Source: Candidatus Omnitrophota bacterium (GTDB lineage: Bacteria > Omnitrophota > Gorgyraeia > Gygaellales > Profunditerraquicolaceae). Taken from it: DNA of 64,000 nucleotides. A program made the translations under genes and the position numbers. Each line of letters begins with the position of its first letter. Position 1 is the first letter of the stretch. Where the stretch lies: positions 6,524 to 70,523 of the forward strand of contig JALOQK010000007.1 in NCBI GenBank assembly GCA_025453395.1, written 5' to 3'. Below, piece after piece: positions 63,028-64,000 of this stretch. A model generated the notes under the pieces. That model was given only the letters and a program-made list of their open reading frames with translations. It was not told where the DNA came from and ran no database searches.

Positions 63028-64000
63028 TTATCTTAAACGAAACTCGATAGGAATATCTACCCACGCCTCTTGCTTATCCATTGCAACAGGAAAGCTCGGA
63101 TAATTAGAAATTCCCCTTGCGGCGATAAGCGCCTGTTCGTCAAGAATATCGTACCCGGAAGAAACTTTAATAATGCTGTCCACGAGGGAACCGTTGGCGG
63201 CCAGATGAAGGCTGATTCTGACTATTCCTTCAATCCCGGCCTCTTTTGCTGCGGAAGGATAAGACAAAATATCTACTATTTTCTTCTGTAAAAGTATGCT
63301 GTATTGCCTTAATGCTTCTTGGGAAGATTCTGCTGAGTCTATCTTGGGGGCTGCCGGAGCGGCCAGCGCTTCTTTTGCTGCCTGCGCGTCTGGTTCGCGA
63401 GATACAATTGTAGGCGTAAGAGTAATATACAATTCAACATTGCCTCTTTCGCCGCTTCCGCCCCCGGTAAGATGAGATTTTTTACGAAATAGCATTCCTA
63501 TAATCGGAATATCACCTAACCCGGGAGTCTTGGTAATGTCTTCAGATTCTTTCTGTTTTATCAATCCTCCGATAGACATTATCTGCCCGCTGTTTATAAA
63601 AAGCTCAGTAGAGGCATTGCGCTTAGAAAATGGGTAGGCTTGCGCGGTGCGATTGGTAGTTAAACCGATATACTCCACTGAACCGGGCTCACTTACTTCT
63701 ACGTTAACCCCCAGCTTAATCTTTTCACCACCCATAACTACAGGCTTCATCTTTAGCTTAATGCCGTATTCCTTATATTCTACATCTGTGCCTTCGGCGC
63801 CGCTACTACCGCTTACAGTAGTAGTAAAAATAGGTTTCTCTCCGCCCACTAACAATTCTGCTTCTTTGCCGCTCTGACATGCCAGGCGCGGACGGGAAAG
63901 AATCTTGGCTTTTCCTTCTTGGACTAAGGCGTTTAAAGTCCAGGCAAAAGCCGTGCGATTCAGATTGGAAACACTAAAAAGATTTGACCACTTAGCTCCG
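63028..64000 (-). CDS. rcpA: RcpA/CpaC-type secretin, 3' part (the N-terminus lies beyond the window end), with an appended C-terminal TonB_C-like domain
   Basis: The secretin block is GLGDIPIIGMLFRKKS...NVELYITLTPTIVS. The frame stays open to position 64000. The C-terminal 90 aa YPSAAKEAGIEGIVRISLHLAANGSLVDSIIKVSSGYDILDEQALIAARGISNYPSFP match the TonB C-terminal signature. Confidence 0.75.
   Translation of the reverse strand, partial: GAKWSNLFSVSNLNRTAFAWTLNALVQEGKAKILSRPRLACQSGKEAELLVGGEKPIFTTTVSGSSGAEGTDVEYKEYGIKLKMKPVVMGGEKIKLGVNVEVSEPGSVEYIGLTTNRTAQAYPFSKRNASTELFINSGQIMSIGGLIKQKESEDITKTPGLGDIPIIGMLFRKKSHLTGGGSGERGNVELYITLTPTIVSREPDAQAAKEALAAPAAPKIDSAESSQEALRQYSILLQKKIVDILSYPSAAKEAGIEGIVRISLHLAANGSLVDSIIKVSSGYDILDEQALIAARGISNYPSFPVAMDKQEAWVDIPIEFRLR

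Overview
This window is coding almost end to end on the minus strand and holds two linked modules. The ORF track shows neither the giant ORF nor two small Flp genes (55108-55263, 58145-58312, both under 60 aa). All long plus-strand ORFs in the track are antisense artefacts.

(1) Positions 1-46292 look like the 5' ~46.3 kb of a single giant minus-strand ORF. It starts at ATG 46290-46292, runs at least 15,430 codons, and reaches the window edge with no stop. All + strand codons sit at coordinates divisible by 3. I checked that frame directly at the ATG, across a full stop-codon scan of 25201-25980, and at an HExxH motif at 99-113. The track lists no long minus-strand ORF anywhere in 1-46292, which fits an ORF with no stop inside the window. 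The giant gene lies 1 nt downstream of a 1052-aa exported protein gene (46294-49452). It encodes an N-terminal membrane anchor followed by a mosaic of recognisable domains: a C39-like Cys/His peptidase, 34-aa tandem repeats, a polytopic transmembrane (TM) cluster, a kinase-like fold, two RimK-like ATP-grasp modules, a clan GH-A glycosidase, TPR repeats, coiled coils and an HExxH motif.

(2) Positions 50009-64000 hold a Tad/Flp pilus locus, all on the minus strand. It contains a partial RcpA/CpaC-like secretin with a C-terminal TonB_C-like domain, a fused TadZ(ParA-like)-CpaF ATPase, a DUF192 protein, an HTH protein with a Pro-rich linker, TadB, TadC, eight Flp-type pilin paralogues, TadE/TadF-like pseudopilins, a TadG-like protein with a Cys/His cluster, and an exported tandem-domain protein.

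The two modules share regulatory features. Three near-consensus sigma70 promoters (TTGACA-N16/17-TATANT) point leftwards. The leaders upstream of the Flp array and of the giant-gene operon share a CCGTGGCTTTGCG..CCTCCGA motif. Two arrays of 3x TTGGACATT at 20-bp phasing lie over the HTH gene promoter and upstream of the giant-gene operon. The overall picture, a Tad pilus machine paired and apparently co-regulated with a giant multidomain envelope protein, resembles the giant-gene/tad-rich genomes reported for Omnitrophota-like bacteria. All domain calls are by eye and need HMM or structure confirmation.
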